Shown here piece after piece: positions 29,484-44,400 of a stretch of 64,000 bases of DNA. The stretch comes from a virus. The notes under the pieces are model-generated. The model made no database searches and was not told the DNA's origin. It was given only the letters and a program-made list of their open reading frames with translations. The position numbers and the translations under genes are program-made. The stretch is from IMG/VR virus record IMGVR_UViG_3300044732_001099, positions 1 to 64,000 of that record; one strand, given 5' to 3'. Positions within the stretch are counted from its first letter, which is position 1. Each line of letters starts with the position of its first letter.

Positions 29484-32400
29484 ATGGCAGGCCCAGATCC
29501 AAACAATAATAACTTACCGGAACAAACAAACAACAATCCGGAACCGCAAAAACAACAATTTGTTGACCCTATTACTCTTAAGCTTAACAACATAACAGAA
29601 TATGAAGCTAAAGAGCTAGGTTGGACTGTTGTTCCTATGACTCTTGAAGATAGTTATAGAGTAAATCAACCTTCTATTGGTAACATGAGTCCAATGCAAT
29701 ATCAAAAGTTGTATCGCACATATATGGAAGAAGATATGTATGAAGCAGCTTTGAGTAGAAGGTATGACCAAAATAGAGATGCAAGTTATGATTTTTTGCA
29801 ATCTATAAGAAGACCAGCAGAATCTAAGCCTGGATTACCAATACAAGCACATCCTAAAGCATGGGGCATTAGTCCTGAAAATGCTTCAAAATATCAATAT
29901 GTTGATTCTCAAAAAAGACTTTCTGAAATAGGATATGAATATGGTCTTCGTGGAACAAGAAGACAGGTTTTAAATAATGAACAGATAGCAGAATCAAGAA
30001 AAAAATATTTTGATCCAAAAGCCAATGGTGGATTAGGAGAGTTTAAAAGTATTGAAGCATACCAAAGATCTAATCACTTTGGATCTCCTTATAGATATGC
30101 CGAGGATGGTACTAAGAAAATGTTAGTAATGGATAATGCTAACAAAATGTGGGTTGAAGTTGATGAAGATGATGTTATTGCTGGCAACCAGTTAAGATCA
30201 ACATGGGGTACAAAAGAAAAAGATTCTGGATTTTTTCAACACGTATCAGATAGTTTTTATAATGGTACTGTAGACTTAACAACTAACATGTGGGGTAGCA
30301 TGGTAGAAACAATGGGTACTATGGGTAAGTTTATGTCAGGTAGCGATGATGTAAACTCATGGCAAAAATGGGGTAGGTCTGTTCAAAATTATGGCAATGC
30401 ACAAAAATCTAAGATATCTGAAGCTGCAGAAAACGAAGGTATGTTTGGCTCTTGGAGAGCAGGATTTGGTACAGTATCTAACATGCTTCCACAACTTGCC
30501 GCGCAAGCTGGTATTGGATTTTTAACTGGTGGTGCATCTGCATACGTACAAGCATTAGGTAAAGGTGGTCAGTTTGCCGCTAGAATGATGAATGGCGCTC
30601 CACATATGTTTGGTGCTATTTATGCTGCAAATGGTATGAATGAAGAGGGAAAGGCTGCAGGACTATCTGATAATGATAGAATGTTTATGAATCTTCTTGC
30701 TGGAGGAACTGTGTTTGCGGCTGAAAAGTTTACATCAAAGTTTCTTGGTGCAACAGGTATAGCTGATGGTTTTGCCAATAAAGCTAGTAGAGAGATTGTA
30801 GAGCAAAACATGGCTAAAGGAACTTCAGAAGTTATGAAAAAGTTTGCACCTACTATAATATCTAAAACAGCTTCTGCTGCAGAAAAAGAAGCTGCTAAAG
30901 AAGCAGCGTCATCTACACTTGGAAGATACTATCTTAATGGATTAAAAACAGTTGTAGCAACAGGTAAACTTGGTAAAAATTTAGGTCAAAATCTATTAAA
31001 TGGAACACAAAGGTTATTAAGTGCACCAATACGTTTTGGCTATACAACTACACCAAAAACCTTAATGGGTAGAACTAGAGGCTTTGTTGCGTCTGCATGG
31101 GAAGAAGGATGGGAAGAAGAAATAGAAAAGCGCATGAACTATTGGTTTAAAGAGGCATATAATGCAGGAATGATTGGCATTGATGGTCCTGATAAGTATG
31201 CTACTCCTGGCAAGGGTATGTTTGACAACACGGTACATTCTAAACCTTATGATGAGTTTTTTGCTGGTGCTATTGGTGGTGGTATCATGGGTGCTATATT
31301 TGGCGGTAGAATGAAAAGAAATTTTTCTGACAAACATGCAATAGAATATGCACTACAATTTGGTGGTGATTTTGACAAGGCTTATGATGCATTAGTAAGT
31401 TGGAAAGAAAGAGTTGGATTTGATTCTAAGATAACAGATCCTAGTGATAACTTTTTGTCAATGTTTCCTGAGACAGAAAGAAAAGATATAAAAAGTAGAA
31501 ATGATATAGCATTTGAAGCATTGGTTGAAGACGTTAGAGCTGCATCTCAAATAATAAAAACATTTAAACTTACTGACCCTGATAAAATATCTCGTATTGC
31601 TGGTGGTGATATGAGATTATTAACTGATACTGTAGATAATCTTGTAAATGCTAAAAAACTATCAACTGAAATAGAAGGATTAAAAGTACAACTTCAAAAC
31701 ACAAAACCTGAAGATGTAAACTATAAAGAACTAGAAAGGCAAATACAAGAAAAAGAAGTAGATTTAAAACAAGTAAGTAAACTAGCCGATGATGTATTGT
31801 CCGGAAAAGCTATTGAAAACTATAGAGCCCAAACATTTGTCCGTGGTTTGTTAGTAAATAATGAATACAACAATCTATACAATAGTATAGAAAACGAAAC
31901 AGATCCAGAAGTTAAAAGACAAAAAGCACAAAAAGCATTTGATGATTCTATTAATAATGCAGAAACAAGGGACTTGTGGAAAGACCAGGAAAAAGCATTA
32001 AATCTTATCTATAATAGTAGAGAAATACTAGAACAGTTTAAGCAGTCAAAAGCTACAATAGAAGAAAGAACTAAGCAAAGTAATGATTTTGTAGGAGAGT
32101 TTGACTCTATTGATTTCAATAATCCTGACAGTATTATTGAAGTATTGCAAAAAGTTAATGGAAATCATCTTCAAGAAATTGTAGGTAAAAAGATTGATGA
32201 TATTAGCAAAAAAATCAATGACGAAAGAGAAAAAATACAAGTTGAACTTGATAATGATTTTAACTCAGTAAGAGAAAAGTTTGGGTTTGACGATGTCACG
32301 TTTGATGATTTATACAACAAAACTGGCAATGACGAAATAGATGCTGCTATCGATGAAGTACTTGGTAAAAAGAAAGATAAAGTAGAAAGATTTAGTTCTC

Positions 32401-35400
32401 TTAATGGTGTTGATAATGAAGTAAAAAATGCCAAAACATTACTTAAGAATAGAGGCGCAGTAAAATATGTTCCTGGTGGAGGAATAGATACAAGAACTGG
32501 AGAATGGAATAATGGTGATTATTTTACCCAACAAGCCAACCAAAGAAAATACAAAAAAGTCAACAAAGATGTTGAAACCGAAATAGATGAAAAGACATTT
32601 GTGTCAATGCAGGATGCTGCAAAAGCACAAGGCAAAGATTCTTTTGAATACAACGGAGAAATGTTTATTGCCGAGGACTCTAATCAGATTAAAGTTGATG
32701 GTAAAAAAGCAGTTGACAGAAGTACACTAGTAGATGATTCTCAGTTATTTGACTTTTTAGAAATAGATGACGTTAATGAACTATTCTTAAAAATGCCTAC
32801 TGTTGGTGGGATGAATATAAGAGAAGAACTTAACAAAATTGCAAAAGAGTATGATGAGACAAAAGTTCTTACTGCTCAAATGAAAGAAAAGCTCAAAGAA
32901 ATAAACAAAAACATAACAGACCAAGAGGAAATGTTATCTGTTTATAAATGGGCAAAAATGTTATCTGAAAATAAAATACTTTCTCCTGTACAGGAAGAGT
33001 ATATGGATATGCAAACATTTAATGAAGTAAATCTACCTGCTTATATAAATAAACTAGCAGTAGATAGATCTTATTTTATGAATGTTGCTGTTAGTACACT
33101 TTCAAAAGATGACCGAGATAACAAACTTAATGAGTTAAAAGATAACGTCATTAAAATGCAGGCACATGTTTATAATGAACTTGTTGCAGAGTTAAATGGT
33201 GATGATATTGTTGTTAATGGACAAACAGTAAAGTTTCCTGGTGAAATATCTTTGGATTCAAGCGAAACAGAAGTAATGCAAGCATATCAGTGGATGCATT
33301 ATTTTATTCAAAATCTTACACCAGATCAGAAAAATGAATTTAAAGGTGCATTTGATAAGTTTTGGAGCGCTAAAGTAGAAAGCAAAGACACTGTGCCTAG
33401 TGCACAAGAACAAGGTATGTTCCTTGAAGGATTTGATTTAATGCTTGATTTTGAAGCATTTAAAAATGGATATACTACTAGCAAATATTATAACAAAAAT
33501 AACTCTTATAGAGAACTATTTTATTATCATGCCATAAACATGATGATGAATGTAGACCCAATGATTGCATTTGGTGCTATAAGTAATGTTATTGATGCTG
33601 TAGATGCTAGTCAAAAGTTTGAACTTGATAAGTCAAAATATCCTGCAGGTGACCATACGGCAGAACAGATTATGAACGTAATGATAGGTATTACTCACTT
33701 GTCAGAAAACATAAAAAGAAACGAAGCAAATCCAGATGTAGCATTTATAGAGTTACTAGATCATGTAAAAAGTACTATGAAAATAGGTGCAAGTAGAGAA
33801 GGCAGATCTAATAAAGCGAAAGGTTTATATGAAAGAGTAAAAAATTCTTCAACTGGAAAATATAATACAAATGGTAAACATATAAAAGACAATGTAATGT
33901 CATTTTTTGGTTACGGTGGTGTAGGAAAATCTACCTTTGTAATCAAAACATTATCTGAGATTGCATTATCATTAGGTAAAAAGAACTTTGTTTTTATAGC
34001 GCCTAACATAGAGCAAAAAAATATACTTGAAAACACAGTAAAAAATATCTTCCCTAAAGGTGTTCATGCTGAATTTTACCTTGTTAGTGATTTTGTAAAA
34101 AAACAAGATCAATACAAAGACTATGTAATATTTGCCGATGAGATATCATTGTACAGCGACGAAGAGAAAAACTCCATTGCATTTAACTATAGCAAAATAG
34201 GTGGTAAAAAAATATCTACCGTAGACAATGTAGGTTTTATTGATGAATCTAATACAGTATTTCTGCTTGGCGACACATTACAAGCACCTCCATCTGGTGA
34301 AATATATGACAATTCACCAAGAATAGAACAGTTCACTCAACATGGTTTTAATATTACTTCAGTAAAAAGAAGTAGCTTTATTGAAATCTATAAAATACAA
34401 ACTGAGTTTAGGAGAAATGCTAAAAACAATGAACTAGGCCCTCCACAACTATTTGGTTATTCGTACAGCGAAGATGATAATGTAAAAAAAGGTGTCAAGT
34501 TAAACAATGACAAGGATGGATTTTTAGCTGAATCAAAAGCTGCAGTTGAATCTGGTATAGGTTATATTATTGTGCATTCTGAAAAGGAGTACAATGATAT
34601 AATAAATGATATATCACCTGATAAGCACGACAGAGTATTTTTAATGACTCAGTTAAACAAATCTCCGCAAGGCAGAACATTGGTTGGTGAAGTTTATGTT
34701 TACATGCCATATAGCACAACTGACACAAAAAGCCAATATAACAATAATAAGTTGTACAACATGTACATGCTTACTGCTGTTAGCCGCGCGTCTCAGTTTG
34801 TATCTGTTTACACAGGCGATGGACTAGGCAACAAAAACTCTGTTAAAGTCAGTGAAGACAAAATAGAATCGTTTGATGATAGCGTTGAAGCAAAAGTTGA
34901 AAGAAAGCAACAACTTTGGAATAGAGTATCTGGTGTAGTAAAAGGACTTACTGCAGTAAAAGCCGTGCCGGCACCTGTAAAAAATACAAATAAGCCAAAA
35001 GCGCCAGTTGTTCAAACAGATGATTTAAATCAACAAGAAGAAGCACCTAAAGAAAATGCTGCAGCAAATAACACAAAAGGTAAAGGTGTAAAATCAAACT
35101 CTAATAGTCCAAAGAAAACAACACAGGTTAAAACTAATAATAGAAAACGTAAAACAACAAATAAAAATAAAAAGCAATACGAAGAACAACAAGAGACACC
35201 CGAAGAAGAAACAAACGAACCGGTAACCGCATACGAGCAAAACGTAAGCAACCAGGGAGACATGCCAGAAGACGAACTTAATAACTTAGATGGCAATCAA
35301 GATACAGATACAGACCATTCTAATATAGAATCATCTATTGATAACGGTGAGTTTGGATTGACACTTAAAACAGGCGAAAACAATGTAAATCTAGTCACAA

Positions 35401-38400
35401 CTTTTGTTAACGGCAATCCATTTGTGGTTGTTGTCGGTGGTACTTATAGAGATAAAAATGGGAAAATAATAAAAGTTACTAGAATAATATCAAATGACGA
35501 TGGAACATATTCTGTTAAAACATCAGAATTGAAAATGGTAATACCATTAGAAAAATTTAGTGAACTTGCATTATCTCCTTCTATTGATATTTTAGACAAG
35601 TATGAAAATGCTTTAATATCATTTACGCAATCAGGCATATTAACATTGTTTGGTAAAACTATTGGCTACACTCCTGCAATGGGGCCATTAACAGACAAGA
35701 AGGCATTAGCTGCTAAGTACCAAGAAATGGCTAATACAACGGCAATGCTATATAAAAATCTAGGTCAAAGATTTGAAGTAAAGATTGATATTGTTAAAGG
35801 CATGCCTACAGTAGACTGGAATGGTAGTGTAAATACAGCATTTCCGTACGTACTTCAAGTATCTATTGACAATGGCAAAGGATTTGAATATTTTACAACA
35901 CACTACCTACAAGATCCACAAAGAGCAAATAAAACTGTACCAGATAATCCACAACAAGAAAATCTTGAAGTGTACAACAATACATTATTTGGTATAGTAG
36001 AAAAGTTATACAACTCTAATAGAACAGAGTTTTATACATCTGCTACTAAAAACAATATTAGTGCATCTTCATTTATTGGATTCCATAAAGACATTCCAGT
36101 AATGTCATACAGTCAGGTAAAAGACATGGTTGGTATGTACGGTATGGAACTTACAGAAACATTCCAAGGAGTTAATAAAAATGGTATAGCAGAAACTTAT
36201 GCAATAGCACATTTTGGTAATAAAGACAATGGACAGAAAATAATATTCCAGTCTGTTACTGCAAGCAATATGAACGATGAGCAGAAAAACCTTATGCTCA
36301 ACGAAGTAAATAGAATGCGCGGTATTTTGCAAAATGCTGTAAATCAAATATTACCAAATGAAGCTGTAAATAAACAAGCGCTTCAGGGTACTGATTCTAT
36401 ATTTGCATTTAACAACTCTTTTGCACTTTTAAATAATGCAGTAATAGCTCAAAAACTATACACTGAAAAAGATGCAGAAAATAAAACAACTATAGAAGAA
36501 AGGCTTAAACTAAGACTTGAAGTTTTAAATGATTTGGCTGCATTTTTATATCCAGTAAAAATGCTTTATCCTTATAAACACGAAAGTTTAGTGTCTCAGT
36601 TTAGGCTAAATACAAAATTACAAAGCGGTAAAGAAGTTACTGGCATAGAATATATGTCAACCGTTAAAGGACTATTTTTAAGAATGCCTGTAATGGATAT
36701 TTCTGCCGGCATATTACTTGATGATACAAAAGGTCTTGCTTCTAAAATAACAAATCAACAAGAACTAGAAAATTATACTAGTTCATTTGCTGAAATACAA
36801 TCAGAACTTGAAGATATTCTTGGTGAGGGCATTCAACTAGGCATTATAAAATCAGATTTATATCATGGTTTTGTAGACAAGCTTGGAAAGATACACATGA
36901 ACATGCATAATAGTGCATTTAATCCTAAAACATTAAGTCACGAAATATCACACTATGTATCTGAGTTTTTAATTACAGATGAATATCAAGCTGTATTATT
37001 TGATGAGGTAGATAAAAAGTATGGAGTAACACAAAAACAAGGCAACTGGAGAAATGACCTTGATGCAAGAAGAACTGTCGCAGAACACCTTGCAGATGAT
37101 GGAGAAAGATATAAATCAGACAGAAGAAACCTTAAAGGTATTTCAAAAGTAATGAGATCTTTCTTTGACTGGTTTAATAGATTTATGTCAAGGATAGGTA
37201 TTATCAATGACAAAATAAATGATTTTTACTATGATTTATATGTAGCCAAAAAGTATAAATCACTATCCGGAATGGCATTAAATACTGTTAGAGATGAAAT
37301 GCCGTATGATAGTCTTTATTCAAGAATAATATATGACGATTCATCTTTTAATACTGTAGCTAATAACTTTTTTTACGATAATCAGATAGCAAGACAGGTA
37401 GCTAATAATGTTGCGGAAATAGCAGCTAAGGAAGTTATTATGCCATCTATGAACAGACGTATGTTTTTAGATGGTGCCATGTCATTTACAGATATGATCA
37501 ATAGGATTGAAAACAATTCTAGAGAAAAGGTAATGTACGATACTGATGAAAATGGCAATACAATCTATAAAGAACAAGTGATAAATGGTAAGTCAATGTT
37601 TTTACCAGTAATCAGAGAACTTACTGTTGATTACACCAGACCATTTTTACGCTGGAACTATAATGCAACTGATGAAAATGGAAACTCAGTAACTGGTCTG
37701 CATTTACAATATTATGATGAAAGCATTAAAGGATATAAAACTGCCGTTCCAAACTCTCAGGGTGTATTTTTTACTGAAAAAAGACAGAGAGAAGAGTTTA
37801 GAAGATTGCTACAAAAGTCTGTTGATGAATTTGAAATAGAAACGGTAAATGGACTTGTAAGTGTTGTCGACAAGACAGTAGAAGGCAAGATGAAACTTAA
37901 AGGTATCATCAGCAACAAAGACAAGGTTTTGTATAAAAATGCAATGCTACTCAATAGCAAAGTATTTAAAGCAATGATCAATAGAATATTCCCTTCTCTT
38001 GATGTTGATACGATTATAAATAGAGATGGCCAGGTAAGATACAGTGATATTCTAGAATCACTCATTAGAGTACAAGATGCTAATATCAGGAAAAATGAAG
38101 AGGATACAAATCCTATGGATAAGCAATCGGATATAATGAAACTGATGCTTAATACTATCCCGGTATATCAGTTTTTGCCTGATGGTAGTGTTGTTGAAAT
38201 GCGTGGTAAAAAACTAAACTATGAAGTAGCAAACAAAATACTTACTGACATTCATAGTAATCTTTGGATTGGTAATAGTCAAGACGGCATAGAAGCTTTT
38301 GCTAAAAGTATGGAAATGTTCATTAACAGTAAAATGATGAACAATACAAATCCAACAGAATTAAACTCAGATGCTAAGTTTATAAGTGCATACTCTATTT

Positions 38401-41400
38401 ATAAAACATATTTTGATCCACAAGCAAAACAGAGAACCGATAAGTATTACTATCCATCTCACACAAGGATTTACAACTGGAACAAACAGTTGTCAAATAA
38501 AACTAGAGGCACTAAAGATTACCAAGATGCTCTTGATAGATTTTACGCTGAATATTTAACAGCTGTAAATACAGAAAAGGAATCTGATGAAACAATAAGA
38601 AAGCAGACACCATTAACAAAAGATGAGTTTGAGCTAAATATTGCCAAAAGATCAAAGTTGTCAGAAACAATCTTAAACTCTGTTATTACGCATTTTGGCT
38701 CTCTTACATCTAATAAGTTTGAGAATGTAAAGAAATATGGCAAAGGCAAAAGAACTACATTTGTATCTATGGCCAAACAATCAAGTTCTGCTCATGATAC
38801 AAAGTTAAAACTAGAACAAAGCATTATATCTAACCTACAAATCAATGGTGGTCTAATGCCAGATAGATATGTCGATTTGTTTATTAATAGAAAAAGACCA
38901 TTAAAAGTAAAAGAAGGACAAGAAAAAGCCAACTCTTACTTTACAATGACAGATAGAGGCATCAGATACAGGCATAAAACAAATGATTCATCTGATTTAG
39001 GCGTAATAATAATGCCTATGGAAAATGGTAAGTTTAGAAATATGACACCAAATGAAATAAATAAACTTACACAGTATGCTAAAGGTGCACAAACAAATAT
39101 TAGTGGTATAATCAGAAAAGTATTTACTGATTTCTTTAATATGAGTAAGTCAAGCACAGCTAAAAATGCAGCTAAGGTATTGTCTGTTCCAAAAGTAGGT
39201 AGCAACGCCCATGGTATAGAAACGCTTAGTGACGTACTTGCTCCGTTAATAGCATCAATGTATGTTTATACTGTTGAAAGAACCGTAGATCCAAACCAGA
39301 TTACAGCAAAACAGCCTGTATATCCATTGTACAATCAAGCACTTCAAAATACTGCAAAAGATTCTGGACAAAAAGAAAACTACGGCAAAATAACCGATTC
39401 TACTATAGATAGCATTTTAGATAAAGATGCCGGCTCAAACATATTAAAAGATGGTGAAGAGTATTTCTTCCCAACTGGATTCTATAAAGAGCTTCAGGCA
39501 CTTGCTGAAATCATGACTTATAATGAAAACAATCCTACAATTTTAAGTCTTGATGGCAGAAGAAAGCTTTACACTATTGGCAACTCTCATAATTTTAACT
39601 ATAAGTTCTCTAATGGTAAAAATGATGCACTTGTTGAAAAGTTTGAAGAAGTAGTAAAGGGCCCACATACAAATCCAAATGCTAGAGGCAATAAGATATT
39701 AAACCCAATACTGGAAAGAAAAGGAGTAATATCTTCAACGCCATACATGATGGGTATAGACTCAACTGGCAAAACTGCTGAGTTAAAAAACATGACTGTA
39801 CAGGATAACCTACATGCGGCATTGGCGAACTTTACCAAAAATGAAAACCAAAAAGCATTAACCTACAACATATCTCCAGTTTTAATACCAGTAAATAATG
39901 GCGGTAATCGCGGCAGACAACATTTGTTTGAAGTTAGATTAGGTCATTTTAATGGTAACGGAAACGGATTTTTAACAAAGCAAACTATTGACAATGTTGA
40001 TACATTTAAGCTTGATGTAAGAAATATTACAAGTCAACTTAAACGAGGTTTTGCCATAAAAGAAGAGGCACAGGTTCATAGTATTAACAGGTGGATGAAC
40101 TTTTTAATGAACCCAGCTAATAACAAAATCACAAACAACGCAAGTTCTTATTTTGCTTCACTAGGATTAGGGTTATCACCAATCGATACAACTATACCTG
40201 GATGGAAAGCACAACGAGATGCAACTGTTGCTAAGTTAGTTGAGTATTTAAAAAATTATGACGCCTGGATAATTGATGATGATGTAGTTGGATTTGAAGG
40301 TAGTGGACTAAGATTAGGTTCTGATTTCTTAATAATCAAAGCTAACAAAAATGACAAGGGTGGCAGATTGTATTTAGGGCACGATGCTTCTATGATGAAT
40401 AAAGTGCTTACTAGAAATGAAGATGGGACTCAAAAATTCAGAAGTATTGCGCAACAACTATTTAACTATTCAAACTATAATAATACAGTAACAATAGATG
40501 TTGACGATAATAATCAAATAACATTTGCGCTACATGAAGTATTAAGAACAGACGATTTTAATAATGAGCAGATTTATGTAAACTACATAGATAATCTAGG
40601 TTTAACGCAAACATATATGTTTACAGACGATGATTTACAAAAGATTGTAGATTCTTTGTTTGAAAAACATTATAAAGAAACTAATGAAATAGCATTAGCT
40701 GATGGTTATAAAATGACTAGTGAAAACGTGTTTGACTTATATCCATATGAAGACGAAATAAAAGTAGTAGATGGCATCAACATTTATGGCACTACACCAT
40801 CTGTTATTTGGAAAGGTCTTATTATTGGCCATGCTATGGTTAACTATTTTTCGGATCATGCTATAGAGGGTACAGAAGCAAATCATCTTTCTAGCGTTGT
40901 ATATGAAAATGAAACTGGTTCAATAGCGTATGGTGTAAATAGAAACAAACGCGCATTATCGCATACTTCTACAGGTTTTACTCCTTCATTTAAGACACAT
41001 AATGGCATGGATGAAGAATCCAGAATTATGATTATTAAAGACCTAAAAGTAAACGCTTCTATATCAACATTACTTGGAGAAATAAACAAAGAACACATTG
41101 TTTTTGATGGTCAAAGTTTTAACAATCCATTTTCAATGGAGATGTACTTTAACAGTATTGGAGGAAATAATGGTAGCTTAAATAGAAGAATACAAAAATC
41201 TATTGCACAACAGTTTAACTACAAAGATGGTTCTACTTTCTTGAAAAAACATGCAGGGTTTATTGTATCAAAATCTATGATGGATTCTAGTGTTGATATG
41301 GCTAACATGTTTGAATATATGTTAAATCCAGCACTAAGACTAGTCATTAAAGGTGAAGATTTGAATAAAATATCATTTTTGAAAAAATCTGATATTGATA

Positions 41401-44400
41401 ATCTAGCAAACGATAGTTTATACCAAAGGTATTTGATTTATTTTGATCAATCTGCTACTGAAACGGCATTAAAACAAACGCTTAGTAATATCAACAGTAA
41501 GTTTGGTAATCTTAAAACCATGCTTGAAGGCAGTCTTAAGTACAAAAACAATGCTCCGGCAGTTGATTCTATTTTGGCAGATTGGAAAAACAGTCAGTTT
41601 AATGATACCATTGTAGGTCAATACGATTTTATTGGTAAAGTATTAGCAGATACCAACAATCAAGGTATGCTGTCACAAGAAGGAGAAAAAGATCATAGTA
41701 GAGCTATTGAAATGCTTGTTGATTTCTATGCTGACTATAGGGCCAAAAATCCTGATACATACAAAACAAAATATCCATATTTATCATCAATACAGTTCAC
41801 TGGTAACAAAAAGGACCAAACCAAAGATTTTGAGATGCCATTTGTTGCATTTAATAAATCCGCAGGAGCAACGCATTCTGATGCAAATGGTCAGTTTAAC
41901 CAGGGCAGGCCTATGCCAATGTTTGTTAAAGATGGCGACGCTGCACCTACTAACTTTTACGAACTTGTTGATTACTGGAAAAATCAAACAGAAGATGCTC
42001 CTTATGATAAATGGACATACATGTTTGACAATACACAGGAAATAACACAGTTAAATCCTGAAAGAGAAATAGATGATAATGAAGAATCTCCAATGGTTCA
42101 GGCAATGTCTATTATTCTTGCAAATCCAAATAGTTTAAATACAGGTCTTGCACAAGAAATAGCAACAGATTTATCTTCTTTAATGCGCGTAGGATTAGAG
42201 AATGTAATGCGCTTTATAACAAATGAAGGTAAATGGAGTGAAGATGTAGACCAGAGAATAAAGGATCTAAAAATACAAACAGGTGCAATATCATCTGAAA
42301 CTGGTGTTGGTTTGTCTAATAAAGAAATAGCAACTATTGAAAACTTTGTAAAAAGTAAAATCAAAAAGTCTATGTCGCAATCTGATGATACGACAATGTT
42401 ATCAGAGATTATCAGTGACGACCAAATAAGCTTAAATGTTTCTCATGGTGCAGTTACTAGGGCCCAGCAATATGTAGCAGCATTCTTAAGAAAAGAAGCT
42501 GTTAAAAGAAAGGTTGATGCGATGCGTCTAGTACAAGCTGGTGGTAACTTTATTGATATTGTGGAACATAAAGAAACTGGTGAAGTATTTATGTTAGCAG
42601 AAGCATATAAGCATGCTGCAAAAATGGGTGTAAGTTTTGATTCTCTTTTTGATGTAAACTCTGTAAGAGGATTAAAGCATACTACAATTGATACTAAACC
42701 CGATTTATCTGTAGAACAACTAGCACAGGTTAGAGCTATTGATACAATCATGAATCAGGCAATAGCGGAAAATCCAGCAAATGAAAAGCAAATCAAAAAG
42801 GATTTTTCAAGGATTAAAATGAAATATCTAGCAGAGCAAAACCTACTAGATGTATCAAAAGGAGAAGCTATTGTTCCGGCAGTAATGTTCAAAAAGTTTA
42901 ACATACCTGGAAATGTTGGACTCAATGAAATATTTAGATTGTATGGCAAAAAAGATGGCATTGTTAGTGAGACCAATCTAATGGAAGCCAGTTCAGACTA
43001 CAATGCAACAAAAGAACTTATACAGAACTATGTAAATGATAACATTTCTTTTGAAATGAAATACAATAGCAATGGTAAGCCTAGAGTTGAAGTGTTGTAC
43101 AACGAAAACCAATCAGGATTAAATACTTACTTTGAGATGATGTTTGTTGATGGTTTAAACAAATACCTCAAAGACAACTATAAAAAGTTTGGAAGTATTT
43201 ATGCTAAGGTTGACAAGGAAATGGAGCTAAAGCATGGCGACTCATATAGAGCAATGAAAGAAGGTTCACTTGAAAAATCTGTAGAAGATATTAAGCAAGA
43301 ACTAAGAACAAGACTGGCTGAAGAATCTACTGCTTTTGCTCAATCTGAAATAACAAACTTAGTTGATAAATACACCGATGCTATAACATCTGTAGCCATA
43401 ACGCTAAAAGATAACATTGGCATGCGTACTCCATCAGGACCAGGCTCTGGTTTTATTAACAACATTGTAGGATTTATAAATGATGCTAGTTCTGTTGGTT
43501 ATGTAAATACTATCAAAAACCTTATTGATGGTTCTGACCAAGACGTTGACCAGTTTACAATCTACTATTTGTCAAGTACAATGCTTGACTCTGGCAAGAT
43601 GTCTATTTTAGAATACAACAATTGGAAAGACAAGCAAAAGAAAGATGGTAACTACAATGTGTTGTCTGATGAAGAAGCTAAGGTTATCAACAACAGGCTA
43701 ATTAGACATCTTCAAAGATACTATTCCGATCCATTAAATGCTGAACTTACTATGGCAGCTATTGACCTTGACCCGGTTAAAAAAGCTGCTGATGGTACAT
43801 ATAGAGAATTGTTTAAAGATGGTGACTTAGCTCATAACATTGGACATTCATTTGTATACAGAAATATTGCAATGGATGGACAAGCAGTAGGCCCGTTTGC
43901 CAATGCTCAAAAACTACAAACATTGCTTTATTCTGGTTATAGCATGAACCAAAGAAGAGGCATTGATTCAAGTATTTACAACTTTAAGATTAACAAAGTA
44001 GAAAATGCTATCGGCCAGTTAGAAGATGAGTACAGCAAAGTTCCAGTGTATATGGAGATGCTTATAAATGCAGCTACGGATAATCCAAAGTTGTTGATTT
44101 TAGGTGCAATGAACATCACAATGAACAATGCTGATATGGCATCTGCTATGATGTTTGCACCAAAAGATATTCATGATTACATGAGGTCAATGCCCGGTAA
44201 TGAAAATATGAATGAAGTGGATGCAGTATTAAACTTCTTGAAACTTGATGCAAATAAAGACATATTTAATTATGTCAAATCAAACTCAGGTATGTACAAT
44301 GGTGGATTCTCGAGATCTTACTACAATACTGCATACAATTATTACAAAAAACTACAAGCGCATGGTTCAGAATATGAAGAACAATACAAAAATAACTTAA

